Shown here one piece after another: positions 13,646 through 25,939 of a stretch of DNA of 64,000 nt. The stretch is from the NCBI RefSeq assembly GCF_006345805.1, contig NC_042997.1, forward strand, positions 205,716,001 to 205,780,000, in the 5' to 3' direction. A program made the translations under genes and the position numbers. The first letter of the stretch is position 1. Every line of letters starts with the position of its first letter. The stretch comes from Octopus sinensis. Its lineage: Eukaryota. Under the pieces are notes generated by a model that was given only the letters and a program-made list of their open reading frames with translations, had not been told where the DNA came from and did no database searches.

Positions 13646-14182
13646 TTATCATCTGACACAAGCTCTCCTCATCAAATGCCTTGCCCCTCTCATAATTCAT
13701 TATCTTGGTGACCCTGCCAGCACTGGTGCCATGTAAAAAGCATCCACTGCACATTGTGAAATGGCTTGCATTTGGAAGGGCATCTAGCTGCAAAAATAAT
13801 GCCAAAACTAACTTTGTTGTGCTAGTTCCACGTAAAATGTACTGAGTCCACTCTGTTGAGTGGTTGGTGTTAGGAAGTGCATCCAGCTGTAAAATTCCTG
13901 CCAAAACAGACACAGTAGCGAAGGGTAGTTATTTTCCACCTTGCCGGCTCCTGTCAACTGTCCAATCCATGCATGCTTAGAAAACAGATGTTAAACGATG
14001 ATGATGATGATGTTGGCAGTGGTACTGGCAAACCTGCTGCAGCTGCACCTGATAACACAGGAACTTGAGGTAAACATGAATTCTGATCACGAACAGCCGA
14101 CGAGAGAGAAGAAACCCTACTCCGTATGGAATTACATGGTCAGTTCCACTGTGGAACCAACAAATTAAAAGACAAAGAAGCA

Positions 14183-14282
14183 NNNNNNNNNNNNNNNNNN
14201 NNNNNNNNNNNNNNNNNNNNNNNNNNNNNNNNNNNNNNNNNNNNNNNNNNNNNNNNNNNNNNNNNNNNNNNNNNNNNNNNNN
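14183..14282. other. Assembly gap (100 N)
   Basis: Run of exactly 100 N, the usual placeholder for a scaffold join of unknown size. Confidence 0.99.
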
Positions 14283-14679
14283 ACATATATAGATGATAAT
14301 AATAATAATGATGATGATGGTAACAATAATGATAATAATAATGATAGATAGATAGTAAATGAGCTATAGGAGTGAAATATGAATGATGTAAAATGGGGAA
14401 TTAGGTTTTGCTAGGTTGATTCAAGAGATTGCTTATCTGAATGACTTTGCAGCCTTTACTCCATGTGGTAAGCTGTCTATTTTAAAAATAACTGGGTGAA
14501 CTTTTGAAAAACTTTGGCTGTTACTTCTAGCATATCTGGACTGTTTGAAGGCTACATGTACTTCAGGTTTACATCAGGCATGTTAAGTGGATGTTTATGA
14601 TGTGGATAGCACAGTATTGTTACATGGATGGTGAGTAACTTGTATTTGTTTAGCATTAAATCTTGGTTTTATTTTGCAG

Positions 14680-14877
14680 GAATATCTGTCTCGAATATGG
14701 GAGGAGATGAAGAGGGCAGAACGATATTGGTGTCAGGAGTCCCAACTGATTTCCGTTTGGAAGCCATTCAGTCTTATTTTGAGAACAAGAAGCGATCAAG
14801 TGGAGGACCTATTAAAGGAATCCAAGGACGGATCCAAGATTCTGGGGAAGTTATTATCACATTTGAATCGGAAAAAG
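14680..14877 (+). CDS. PARP14: PARP14-like gene, RRM1 exon (ATG at 14697 is the probable start)
   Basis: attttgcag| acceptor and GAAAAAG|gttag donor, phase 1 out. MGGDEEGRTILVSGVPTDFRLEAIQSYFENKKRSSGGPIKGIQGRIQDSGEVIITFESEK carries the YFEN-K/R-RS-GG signature of PARP14/PARP10-type N-terminal RRMs. Confidence 0.85.
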
Positions 14878-15324
14878 GTTAGAAGAAATATTCTTTATTT
14901 CATGAAATCATTTACAGACATCGTCAAAAAGTCTGTTGTCCATGCTTGCATAGGTTGGACAATTTGTATGTAGTTACTGTGAACACATTAGATTAATATA
15001 AGCAATGTCAACCATCACCACTGTCACCATCATCAATTTTCTATAATGGAATGTGTTGAATAGTTTGATAGGATCATAATGAAGAGGTCTCATCACTGAA
15101 ACATGCTTGGAGTTGTCTCTCTATTGCTAAATATATTGTTTATTTGGGAAATAATTATGGGGAAGATATTCTTTATTTGGGAAGTAGTTATGGGTTGGTG
15201 AGAGAAAGGGCATCCTGCTTTATATTGCTCCCTCAAATACCCACAATAGCATAGAAAAAAAACAAACAAACATAAAATGAATGTCATGTGTCAGATCATA
15301 GATTTGCAATATAATAATAGAAAC

Positions 15325-15500
15325 AAGGTGGTGAGCTGACAGAATCGTTAGCACACCGGGCAAAATGCTTGGCAGTATTTTTTCTGCCGTTATGTTCTGA
15401 GTTCAAATTCTGCTGAGGTCGACTTTATCTTTCAGTATCGATTAAGCAAGTACCAGTTATGCACTGGGATCAATGTAATCAACTTAATCCCTTTGTTTTT
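15325..15500 (+). mobile_element. tRNA-derived SINE, family A
   Basis: A-box-like TGACAGAATCGTTAG, B-box-like GAGTTCAAATTC, body ending AAGTACCAGTT...GATCAATGTAATC. Confidence 0.75.
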
Positions 15501-15569
15501 CTCCTCTATGTTTAGCATCCTGGGGGTAATACATAAATAAATATAATAATAGAAGCAATTATTACATTT

Positions 15570-15995
15570 ATATATTTGTTGTGCAAGATTTTTGATGTGA
15601 AATCGTGTGTTGAAACAGATATTGTTGTATTTTGGAATGGTCATTTTGTCAGTTTAGCCAATAAAAACACACACACTATATATCAGCGTTATTTATTTTT
15701 TACATTAATCTTATTCTTATTTCAGCCAGAGTTCTATCATCACACTTCTGTGACCTCATCAGTGGACCTTTGCTTTCTTCTTTCTTATTTGTGTGTCTCT
15801 CCTTACTAACGGTCAGCCATTTTGTATTTTGTATTCCTATTGTATGTGTCTTCATTTGCACATGCGTATACCCCTATGTGTGTCTATGTTTAGTTAGTGT
15901 GTGTGTGGGGGGAGTGCCTGTAATATTTATATCGCCTGTTTATACACATTCATATAATTTGTTTTTGTTTATTTTGTTTATGTGTTTACACCTAC

Positions 15996-16035
<40 letters not shown>

Positions 16036-16610
16036 GTATAAGAATAATAATAATAATAATAATAATCATAATAATAAAAATGTATATAGTTATTTACTTC
16101 CATTTGTTTATTTATCTGTGTATTTTATCTTATTTATTATGTTTTCAGTTTTGTTTATATTGTAACCAGTTTATGGGGATCCTCTTCTGTCATATGTTGT
16201 GGTGTGTGCTAGTGTTCCATTCTAGTTTCCTATTCAGGCTAGGTTTATCTCCTATTATGTGTGTAGCTTCCGTAATTTGTCTGATTGTTGCGTCTGTTCT
16301 ATGTGTGGACAAGATTTTAACTTCTATGTTGTTGATTGAGCCCCTGTGTTCCTGCTCGGCATGTTGGTATAGAATCGATGAGCTCTTTCCTTCCTTAAGT
16401 TCTCTCCAATGTTTCATTTATCCGCTCTCCTATGCTCCATGCCATTTACCCTATGTACATCGTTGTCTTGTTACTGCATTGTCCCTCTATACATCTTATA
16501 CTATAGACTACATTTCTGGCTTTACAGTTTGTTTGTGGGCTAAATCTAGACACAGTACAGTTCCTATCTGTACAGGGGGTTCTACTAAAAGGGTAGGTTC
16601 TACTGATTAT
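15570..16610 (-). mobile_element. Penelope-like fragment (GIY-YIG C-terminal part)
   Basis: SSSILYQHAEQEH...TIRQITEA..I....PSLNRK is homologous to the 2902-3156 ORF. Confidence 0.7.
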
Positions 16611-18654
16611 GGATTTGATCATCATCGTCGTTTAACGTCCGTTCTCCATGCTAGCATGGGTTGGACGGTTCGACCGGGGTTCTGGGAAGCCAGAAGGCTG
16701 CACCAGGCTCCAGTCTAATCTGGCAATGTTTCTACAGCTGGATGCCCTTCCTAACGCCAACCACTCCGTGAGTGTAGTGGGTGCTTTTTACGTGCCACCT
16801 GCACAGGTGCCAGGCGGGGCACCTGTGCAGGTGATAATAGAGGAATAATGCAGTAACAAGACAAAGTACAAAGATCTTGAAATAGAAATTGGCAAAGTGT
16901 GGAACTTCAAGACTAAAACAATACCTATTGTCACAGGTACCCAAGGAGCAATAGCAAAAAGATCTGATTGCTACCTTTCTCTGATACCAAAAAATCCCAA
17001 GATGGAAGAAATTAAAAAAATAGTGCTCATGAGAACTGCCCATATCCTACATAAAATATTGCCTATGTAATTCCCCAAAACATTTTAATCCGTAAACAGT
17101 GTGAAAATACATTTAAATGTACATAACAGCAAACACCTTTTACTGTCACTTTAACATCAGAATATCATCCTATTATCAAATATATTTTTAAAACAAACTC
17201 ATAATTTTCTTGTGTTTTCTTAGACATTCTCAAGAACAATTCTCTGTGCAAAACCAAAAATATGGCACACTAGTTATAACACCAGCATGAACTTCAAAAT
17301 TGTTGTCTCTTAAGGTTTCTGGGTGAGTCAACTTGTAGAAAAGCAAAGCAAAAGCCAAACATAGAATAATAATAATAACAATAATAATAACTGGGTCCTG
17401 AACACTACGTACTTTTCAAAAAATAGCCCTGCAAGGAACAGCCCACATCCTATGCAACATACTATCGATTCTATAATACAACCTAAACAAACTAATATAC
17501 AAACACAAGACACACTCTATACAACAATTAGCCAGTGAAATAGACTTCCACCAAACTTTACACACACATTACTTATGCGCCAAGGATGGTCATGCACTAT
17601 AACATTTCGCCCAGAGCTCCTGTGTAAAGAGAGAAACAGGGGGAAAATGGTGTTTTACACGAATCTCTCTAAAAGCTTCTGCAGTTTTCAACTGGTTCTC
17701 TCTCTGTTTATTTCTCTCTTCCCTCTTTTTTCTCATTCTCTGTTTCTCTTGCTTACACATATTCTCTCTCACCCTCTGTAATAGTTCCTCTCTTTTCTAT
17801 GTCTTTTTCTTTCACTCTCTCTCCCTCTCTTTAACTCACTCACACACTAACTTCTGTCTACAAATTGCCTTCCATGTATTTCAATTAGTCATATGTAAAA
17901 ATCTCTGTTGTTATGGTTTTTGTGCGTTCTCCCTGGAAAATAGCTTACTTATCTTTAATTTTTGTTTACCCAGTGCGTTTAAATTCAGTTTTGCCACATC
18001 TGCCAAAAATTGACTTCAGTGCATTTCAATTTTGTTGTGTGTAAATATCTTTATCTTTACAGTATTTGTACATTCTCCCTACAACATTACTTTCCTTATT
18101 TTAAGCTTTTTGAACTCTGTCTATTTAAATACACTATTCACATTTCTCCCTCTGTCAGAAAACGTTCATGTGGTCATGCAGGCACAAGTATGACTGTTAT
18201 GGGCCACATACAGCTGAGAAGCCTTTATTACTAATTAATGACATTTCAACAGTACCACTTAGCAGTCATGCATTAGAAAAAACTCTCCTAAAGTAGCAAA
18301 AGCTATTTTCTTCTAGAGGATATATACGCTCAAATGGGGCTTGTAAGTTCTGTTTACAAATCGACTTCCTTGTCTATATATATATAACATTCTTTGTCTG
18401 TTTATCTGTCTGTTCCCTATGCATTCTCAAACAGCTCAACCAAATCAAATCAACTTCTACAAGGTAATAGTATCAGACCCTGTGAGTGTCAGCATGTAAT
18501 TTTTTTCATTTTGATAAAACAAAATAACATTGGCACTGGTTTGGTATTATGTGTCAAAAGTGAAAGAATAACATCTATATTGTAATGTCATATGAAATTG
18601 TTATACTTGTTTTCTTTCAATTTTAATTCTACTGTGATAACTAAATGAATAATA

Positions 18655-19047
18655 GTGGCTGTGTGGTAAGTAGCTTGTTTACCAACCACATGGTTCCAGG
18701 TTCAGTCCCACTGCATGGCACCTTGGGCAAGTGTCTTCTACTATAGCCTCGGGCCAACCAAAGCCTTGTGAGTGGATTTGGTAGCTGGAAACTGAAAGAA
18801 GCCCGTCGTATATATATATATATATATGTGTATGTGTGTGTTTGTGTGTCTGTGTTTGTCCCCCTAGCATTGCTTGATAACCGATGCTGGTGTGTTTATA
18901 TCCCCGTTACTTAGCGGTTCGGCAAAAAGAGACCGATAGAATAAGTACTGGGCTTACAAAAGAATAAGTCCCGGGGTCGAGTTACTCGATTAAAGGCGGT
19001 GCTCCAGCATGGCCGCAGTCAAATGACTGAAACAAGTAAAAGAGTAA
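18655..19047 (+). mobile_element. tRNA-derived CORE-type SINE, family B (octopus OR-like), full length
   Basis: TGGCTGTGTGG A box, GGTTCAGTCCC B box, CORE-like GGCACCTTGGGCAAGTG, internal TA/GT repeat. Confidence 0.8.
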
Positions 19048-19679
19048 TGTGAACAACATTACTCATCGGCAACTTTCCATCTTTACGGCCACCACAGCAG
19101 AATGGTGTGTCAGTGTAGATGCGTTGACCAATATAATGAATGCCTGAAGGTGAAACTCGTGACAAAAAACAATTCGATGGCAAGTCCAAGGTATGTGATA
19201 ATATACGTTTACCATTCAATTACAACTTAATAATTATTGCACCAGTTGCTAGGTTACAAGGGATTTACAATTACATATTTACCATTAAACTAATGCAGTA
19301 TCAAAACAGAAGGGAGATGTGACTTTGCCAGAGAGAAGAAATGCATGTGGCTGCACATCAGATAGTATCTTAAGACTGAAGGGAGATGAGATTTTCTGAA
19401 GATCAGCAAAGGCATTCTGCCTGGCATCAGATGGAATCTCAAGACAGAAGGGTGATGAATCTTTGTTCAAAGAGAAAGAAAAATTATTTTGTGAATCTTC
19501 TCAGTTTATAAAACTTTTCTGAATGTATATTTTGGAAAATTTCAAATTGTAAACTCAAAATATTTTCTTACTTCTTTTGTAAATTCACTAATTCGATAAT
19601 AATTCTGTGATACCCGGGAATAAAATAATTTAATATTTTTCTCTGTTTATATATATATACGCATATAAATAAAAATACT

Positions 19680-20105
19680 CCAATGCGACCGTACGACAGG
19701 CACCCATGCCAACCCCCTTTGCTTGTGAAGACATGTTGGGGCAAGCGAAATCGAAATCGAATTGAACCAGCCAGGACCCCTGGTCTGGTGGTACGTAAAA
19801 AGCACTATCCGACTCGTGGCCGATGCCAGCACCGCCTCGACTGGCTTCCGTGCCGTGGCACATAAAATACACCAATCTAACCGTGGCCGTTGCCAGCCCT
19901 GCCTGGCACCTGTGCAGGTGGCACGTAAAAAGCACCCACTACACTCTCGGAGTGGTTGGCGTTAGGAAGGGCATCCAGCTGTAGAAGCATTGCCAGATTA
20001 GACTGGAGCCTGGTGCAGCCTTCTGGCTTCCCAGAACCCCGTCGAACCGTCCAACCCATGCTAGCATGGAGAACGGACGTTAAACGACGATGATGATGAT
20101 GATGA
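19680..20105 (+). mobile_element. Non-autonomous repeat sharing the RTE 3' tail, with an internal ~50-bp variable repeat
   Basis: GTTGGCGTTAGGAAGGGCATCCAGCTGTAG...CCATGCTAGCATGG...TTAAACGACGATGATGAT. Related copies near 3690-3870, 13650-14012, 16618-16812(-), 29880-30200, 30640-30810, 34950-35420(-), 38750-39067, 42780-43125, 50690-51042, 52070-52430(-). Confidence 0.8.
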
Positions 20106-20429
20106 TATGTGGGTGTTTTACCAATACCATAAGTCCACGTGTTTTCTCTTCAAATACTTTCAACAGCAACAACAATAAGAGACCTAGCCTCAACCTTGAT
20201 TCAATGTCAGTTGATGACCTACTTAATGAAACAGTCAGCTTTTCAGATTCCATTTGTTACCCAGCAACCAAATGTAAACAGTAGCAACAAGAATCACCAC
20301 AACAGTAACGATTACAGCTACAACAACTACATTACTGACCGTTCTACAGTACATGTGCATGCACACGTGTATACACACACACAGATATGCACATATGCGT
20401 TTGTAATTACCCATATGTTTTCACCTACC

Positions 20430-21470
20430 ACTAAAATCAAAGGAGATCAAATTTATTGCCGCTTTAGCGACCTCAGATCTTTTGAAGATGTTGAAAGCAA
20501 GCTGTTGTCACTAAAGTGTCTAAAATTTGATAACTTTTCAACTTTCTACAAACACAACCAGGCTGAGATAATGCATTCTTCCAAGAGTGAATAAAAGAAA
20601 TTCTGAAACTGGAGGGGTTGAAATTCTAACACCCCATAGCCCCCATAAACCAAGTTGCATTTCGTGCATTCTGCCATGAACACAGCAAAATGTAAAGCTC
20701 TACATTTCCCACCTTCTGTATAAATCATAACATTTCTGTTATGATTCCTGACTTGACTCATGTTGTTGCGCAATGAAGAGGGCTTACCTCTCTTGCGGCT
20801 GTTTTTCAAGGTACTGCGTGCAGATACCCCAATGTTAGTTTTCTCGGAGTTAGAAGTAGAGGTTAAAAGGTCCCTTATACTCTGTCGAATGGCTACAATG
20901 GGTGGCTGAAGAAATATTAGTTTGAAACAAGGATATTTTTCTGCAACATGCTGGTAACTTTCTTTCAACGCTTTTGAAATGCCAGAGAAATTTTGATGCC
21001 AGTTAATCACTAAAGCATTTCTGTCACACATTCTATTGTGTTTGCTAAAATTATGTGTGAATTGGGCTTAACTTTCTTGGCTAATGTTAGCTGTGTCATT
21101 TGCTATTTCCTTTAATCGGGATTCACTGTAACTGCATTTGACATAATGATGTGCATGTTTCTAGTAATCCCTTATGTCAGTACGAATCTGTTTTATCCTC
21201 AACTATTGGGATTTGGGATTTGACCAAATTATATGCTGTGGATGATCGGTGGTGGGAGTAAATGTGGGATGACATGGGCTTGCAAAGTAACTCTGTCACT
21301 ATTCTGCCTCCAGAAAACTTAACTTTTGTGTCCAAATAATCAATGCTAGTTTTTGAAAAACAAGACGTAAATTTTATGTTGGACTTAAAGCCACAGTTTT
21401 TAGCATAACAGTCACAGAAATGCAAGAATTTAATTAAACTATTCTGTGATCTTTTCCAGACAAAATAATT
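20430..21470 (-). mobile_element. Penelope-like element, RT 3' half and GIY-YIG, degenerate
   Basis: IKFT...SKTSIDYLDTKVKF...TELLCKP RT motif; C....VYMAEC.KC...Y.G endonuclease region. Confidence 0.75.
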
Positions 21471-21479
21471 CTGTAAATG

Positions 21480-22152
21480 GAAAAAAATAATTTTATGAAT
21501 AAGGCCAAATCCAGGATTTTACAGTCAGAAAGAGGAACACCTGTATTTTATGGTCTCCCTAAAATAGACAAAAAGTTCAAAAAATTTCCTCCAATGCGCC
21601 AATTTGCCACACACATGTCTATTGTACAACCAAAATGTCAAAGTGGCTAGATGGCTTTCTACTCCCTGTTGCAAAAAGATCAAGTTCCTATATTCAGGAT
21701 ACTTGATTTTACATCTAACATAAACAACCTTTTTAGGTACTGAAGCAATGTTGAAAGTTGTTTTTTGGTAATCATGGATGTTTCTTTCTTATATCCCAAT
21801 ATTAACCACCATACAGAGGTAGAATTATGCATGGATGCCTTTGAAAAATAGCTAAACAAAAGTATTTCCTCAAATTTTCTCTGTAGGCTGTTAAAGCTTG
21901 TGTTACAAAGTAACACAATGAAGTTTGGACAAGCATTTTACCACCCAATAAAGGTTTATGCCATGGGTACCCCTATGGCAGCTAATTTTGCTAATCTCTT
22001 CATGCAGAAATTCAAGACACAGTCACTGAAGGCATTCAAATTCCTACCTGGTCATGAGATAATACTCTGGTTACGGTTCATTGATGAAGTCTTTTTTGTT
22101 TGGTAAGGATCACAGGGTAGTTTAATTGACATCTTGCATTTCTGTGACTGTT
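21480..22152 (+). mobile_element. Penelope-like RT 5' half, inverted relative to 20430-21470
   Basis: YGLPKIDK..PPMR, MDVSFLYPNI, AMGTPMAANFANLFM and WLRFIDEVFFVW are canonical PLE RT motifs. Confidence 0.8.
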
Positions 22153-22214
22153 TACCTTTGTGAAGAGTTACGTCAATCTTTTTGAAATAATATAATACTG
22201 ATAATAATAATGAT

Positions 22215-24210
22215 AATAAAAAATCTGACATAGAAAGGTTGTATATACAATGTATAGAAGGTGGTAGAAAACTATTACAAAATAACCACCATAAGACTGC
22301 AAAAATACCTATTTCAGAAGGAAAGAAAACTATTACAAAATAACCACCATAAGACTGCAAAAATACCTATTTCAGAAGGAAAGAAAACTATTACAAAATA
22401 ACCACCATAAGACTGCAAAAATACCTATTTCAGAAGAAAAGAAAACTATTACAAAATAACCACCATAAGACTGCAAAAATACCTATTTCAGAAGGAAAGA
22501 ACACTAATACAAAATAACCACCATAAGACTGCAAAAATACCTATTTCAGAAGGAAAGAAAACTATTACAAAATAACCACCATAAGACTGCAAAAATACCT
22601 ATTTCAGAAGGAAAGAAAACTATTACAAAATAACCACCATAAGACTGCAAAAATACCTATTTCAGAAGGAAAGAAAACTATTACAAAATAACCACCATAA
22701 GACTGCAAAAATACCTATTTCAGAAGGAAAGAACACTAATACAAAATAACCACCATAAGACTGCAAAAATACCTATTTCAGAAGGAAAGAAAACTATTAC
22801 AAAATAACCACCATAAGACTGCAAAAATACCTATTTCAGAGGAAAGAAAACTATTACAAAATAACCACCATAAGACTGCAAAAATACCTATTTCAGAAGG
22901 AAAGAAAACTATTACAAAATAACCACCATAAGACTGCAAAAATACCTATTTCAGAAGAAAGAACACTAATACAAAATAACCACCATAAGACTGCAAAAAT
23001 ACCTATTTCAGAAGGAAAGAAAACTATTACAAAATAACACCATAAGACTGCAAAAATACCTATTTCAGAAGGAAAGAAAACTATTACAAAATAACCACCA
23101 TAAGACTGCAAAAATACCTATTTCAGAAGGAAAGAAAACTATTACAAAATAACCACCATAAGACTGCAAAAATACCTATTTCAGAAGGAAAGAACACTAA
23201 TACAAAATAACCACCATAAGACTGCAAAAATACCTATTTCAGAAGGAAAGAAAACTAATACAAAAAGCCACAAAACACACACAAAAGAAAAACTGTTTTC
23301 AGTCTTTAAGGAAGCTGACAAATGCAAAAGAAGAAGTTATAGTACCGAACAACTATGAAGAAAAAGAAGAAACAACAAAAGGTGTAAAACAAATGAAATC
23401 CAAACTAAAACTAGAACAGCAACGGACCATGATAAAACGATGGCAAGAAAAACCCCTTCATAGCAAATACTGGACTAAACTAAACGCAAAAGAAATAGAC
23501 AAAGAAAAATCCCAGCAATGGTTGAGAAGCTCAGGACTCAAAGCAGAGACAGAGGGATTTTTAATTGCAGCACAAGACCAAAGCCTCCCCACCAGGAATT
23601 ACCAAAAACATGTAATGAAAAGAAATATTACAAGTAACCGCAGAATATGTGGAGATGGACAAGAAACAATAAATCATATTATCTCTAGCTGCCCAGTCCT
23701 GGCTAAGAAGGAATATATTCACAGACACGACAAAGTTGGGGCCTACATATACTGGAAGCTATGCCAACATTATGGAATAACAACAGAAAAAAGATGGTAT
23801 AGGTACACACCAGAAAAGGTCACAGAAAACGAGAAAGCAACCATACTCTGGGATATGCCGATACACACAGATAGAGAAATTAAGGCCAACAGACCAGATA
23901 TAGTTGTCAGAGATCATGAAGAAAAAAATGCTTTCTAATTGATGTATCAATACCGGCAGATGACAACGTGTCTCTAAAAGAAATGGAGAAACTCTCAAAA
24001 TACAAAGACCTGGAAATGGAGGTAACTAGAATGTGGAATCTGAAAACGGAAACAATTCCTATCATAGTAGCCATATTAGGTATGTTAAAAAAATATTCAG
24101 ACAAATACATAACAAAAACACCAGTACTAACAAATATATATAACATACAGAAAATTGCACTACTAGGCACTGCACATATCCTATGCAAAACACTTTCAAC
24201 ACAGTAATAC
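22215..24210 (+). mobile_element. RLE-type (R4/Dong-like) LINE 3' part, containing the 58-bp array
   Basis: DIERLYIQ..EGGR before the array; after it LKAETEGFLIAAQDQSL, RICG...ETINHIISSC (CCHC), RPDIVV...IDVSIP..KEMEKLSKYKDL (PD-D/ExK endonuclease), KIALLGTAHIL. Confidence 0.88.
22267..23265. repeat. Tandem array of a 58-bp unit, about 17 copies
   Basis: Unit GAAAGAAAACTATTACAAAATAACCACCATAAGACTGCAAAAATACCTATTTCAGAAG. Confidence 0.97.
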
Positions 24211-25372
24211 TGTCTTTCAAAATAAGAAGTGATAAAAATTCAAAATTATAGAAATTTAAGTTTAAAGTATGAACGAGAACAACCAGCATCCACACGTTGA
24301 TGGAATGACATCATTAGTCTTTAAGCATTTGTACTGACATAGGGGATTACTGGAAACATGCAAATGCTTTTGTACACCATTATGTCAACTGCAGCTATAG
24401 TGAATCATCATGATTAAAGGAAATAGCAAATGAAATAGCTAAGCTTAGCAAAGATAGTCAAACCTTCATGCATAATTTTAGCAAACACAATACAATTGAT
24501 GACAGAATTCCTTTAGTGATTAACTGGCATCGAAATTTCACTGGCATTTCAAAAGTGTTGAAAGAAAGTTACCAACATGTGGCGCAAAAATATCCTCATT
24601 TCAAACAGATATTTCTTCAGCTGCCTATTGTAACCTTTAGATAGGACAAAAATATAAGAGAATTATCGAGCTCTACTTCTGGCCCCCAAAAAACTAACAT
24701 TGGAGTTTCTGCTGTACCTTGAAAAACAGCTGCAAGAGAGGTAAGCCCTGTTCATTGCGCAATAACATGAGTCAAGTCAGGAATCATAACAGAAATGTTA
24801 TGATTTATTCAGAAGATGGGACATGTAGAGATTCAAATTTGGTGTACATGGCAGAATGCACGAAACACAACTTGATTTATGTTGGTTGCACAACAGAACA
24901 ATTAAACAAAAGGTTTAATGGGCACAGATATGACATCAGGCACAACAACAGTAGTTCGACAGACCTTGCTGAACATTTTGCTTCAAATGGCTGCAATTTT
25001 GAAGAAGACTTGAAAGTGCATATTCTCAGAAAATATTCTGAATCTGCTTCACTTTCACTTCTCAAAATGCATGAGGAGAAATATGTTTGTGGGTTATTAG
25101 CATCACACTCTGGAGGAATGAATAAAATGATAGAATTTCATCAAATTTATACAAAACTGTTTGATTAAATATTCTTTTTCCTTTCCTTTTTTCCTTACCT
25201 CTTTTTTTCTGTCTCTTTCTTTTTTGCCTGTTATAAAATTGAAGCCTGATGATGTCATTCCATCAACGTGTGGATGCTGGTTTCTCTCGTTCATACTTCA
25301 AATTTAAATTTCTATAATTTTGAATTTTTATCACTTCTTATTTTGAACTCGACAAAGACAGCATTACTATTA
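24205..25372 (+). mobile_element. 5'-truncated Penelope-like element with ~115-bp inverted terminal repeats
   Basis: GIY-YIG ORF 24719-25168 (LVYMAECTKHNLIYVGCTTEQLNKRFNGHR); 24205-24320 is the reverse complement of 25249-25372. Confidence 0.85.
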
Positions 25373-25900
25373 AAATATCATTCAACCAATAAAATATCTA
25401 TTGCTATCGCATCGTGCTCTTTGTCTTGTCTTAATAGTAATAATAATAATAATAATAATGATGGTGATAACAGTATTGCAATTTCTTGGCATGCCCTCTG
25501 TATAGTGGATGTATCAGAGTTTACCACTTGACCCTGACCCTCAATATAATCATCCAGTCCCCTCCACTTCCTCAGTATCAGCAGTACTCGGGTCACCTTA
25601 TGAACCCCGTACTTTTTTCCTTAAACATATTTTTTTTTGTTCTTCCCCTCATTGCTCTCAGTATTGTTCATTCGTGTCTCCACCACCACCACCAGTGCAG
25701 CCATGGTAGTAGGCCAGAATTGGTCAATATCCATGAAGGACAGGCCATCAGGGACAAACCCAGCACCTCACAGTGGATACTTTGTGAGATGAATGTTTTT
25801 CTTTGTATTTGATCACCCTGCAGGACAAGAACCAAAACCAGGCAAATGGTGGAGGGTCTCAGTTTGAATCAATGACCATCCAGACAGTATTTCTTTATTA

Positions 25901-25939
<39 letters not shown>

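Noticed and set aside
5532-13711. About 90 near-identical 71-aa ORFs (MARPLFLSLCHTL...), also at 48739-50741
   Set aside because: They are translations of the 88-bp unit; 88 is not a multiple of 3, so each ORF drifts through frames and stops after about 2.4 units. No gene structure.
14415-14467. Possible small upstream exon of the RRM gene (ttttgctag|...TGTG|gtaagc)
   Set aside because: Splice sites are plausible but there is no homology support; needs transcript evidence.
15325-19047. tRNA-like A and B boxes at 15325, 18655 and 44721
   Set aside because: These are SINE heads running into repeat bodies; no complete cloverleaf, so not called as tRNA genes.
19040-19260. Short peptide HYIGQ...FCCGG reminiscent of a Helitron or GIY motif
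   Set aside because: Too short and degenerate to assign.
25240-25320. Possible hammerhead ribozyme in Penelope terminal repeats (CTGATGA at about 25247; GGTGA...GCACGAAA near 58100 and 59555)
   Set aside because: The first lacks GAAA; the second lacks an intact CUGANGA and a valid NUH site. At most degenerate.
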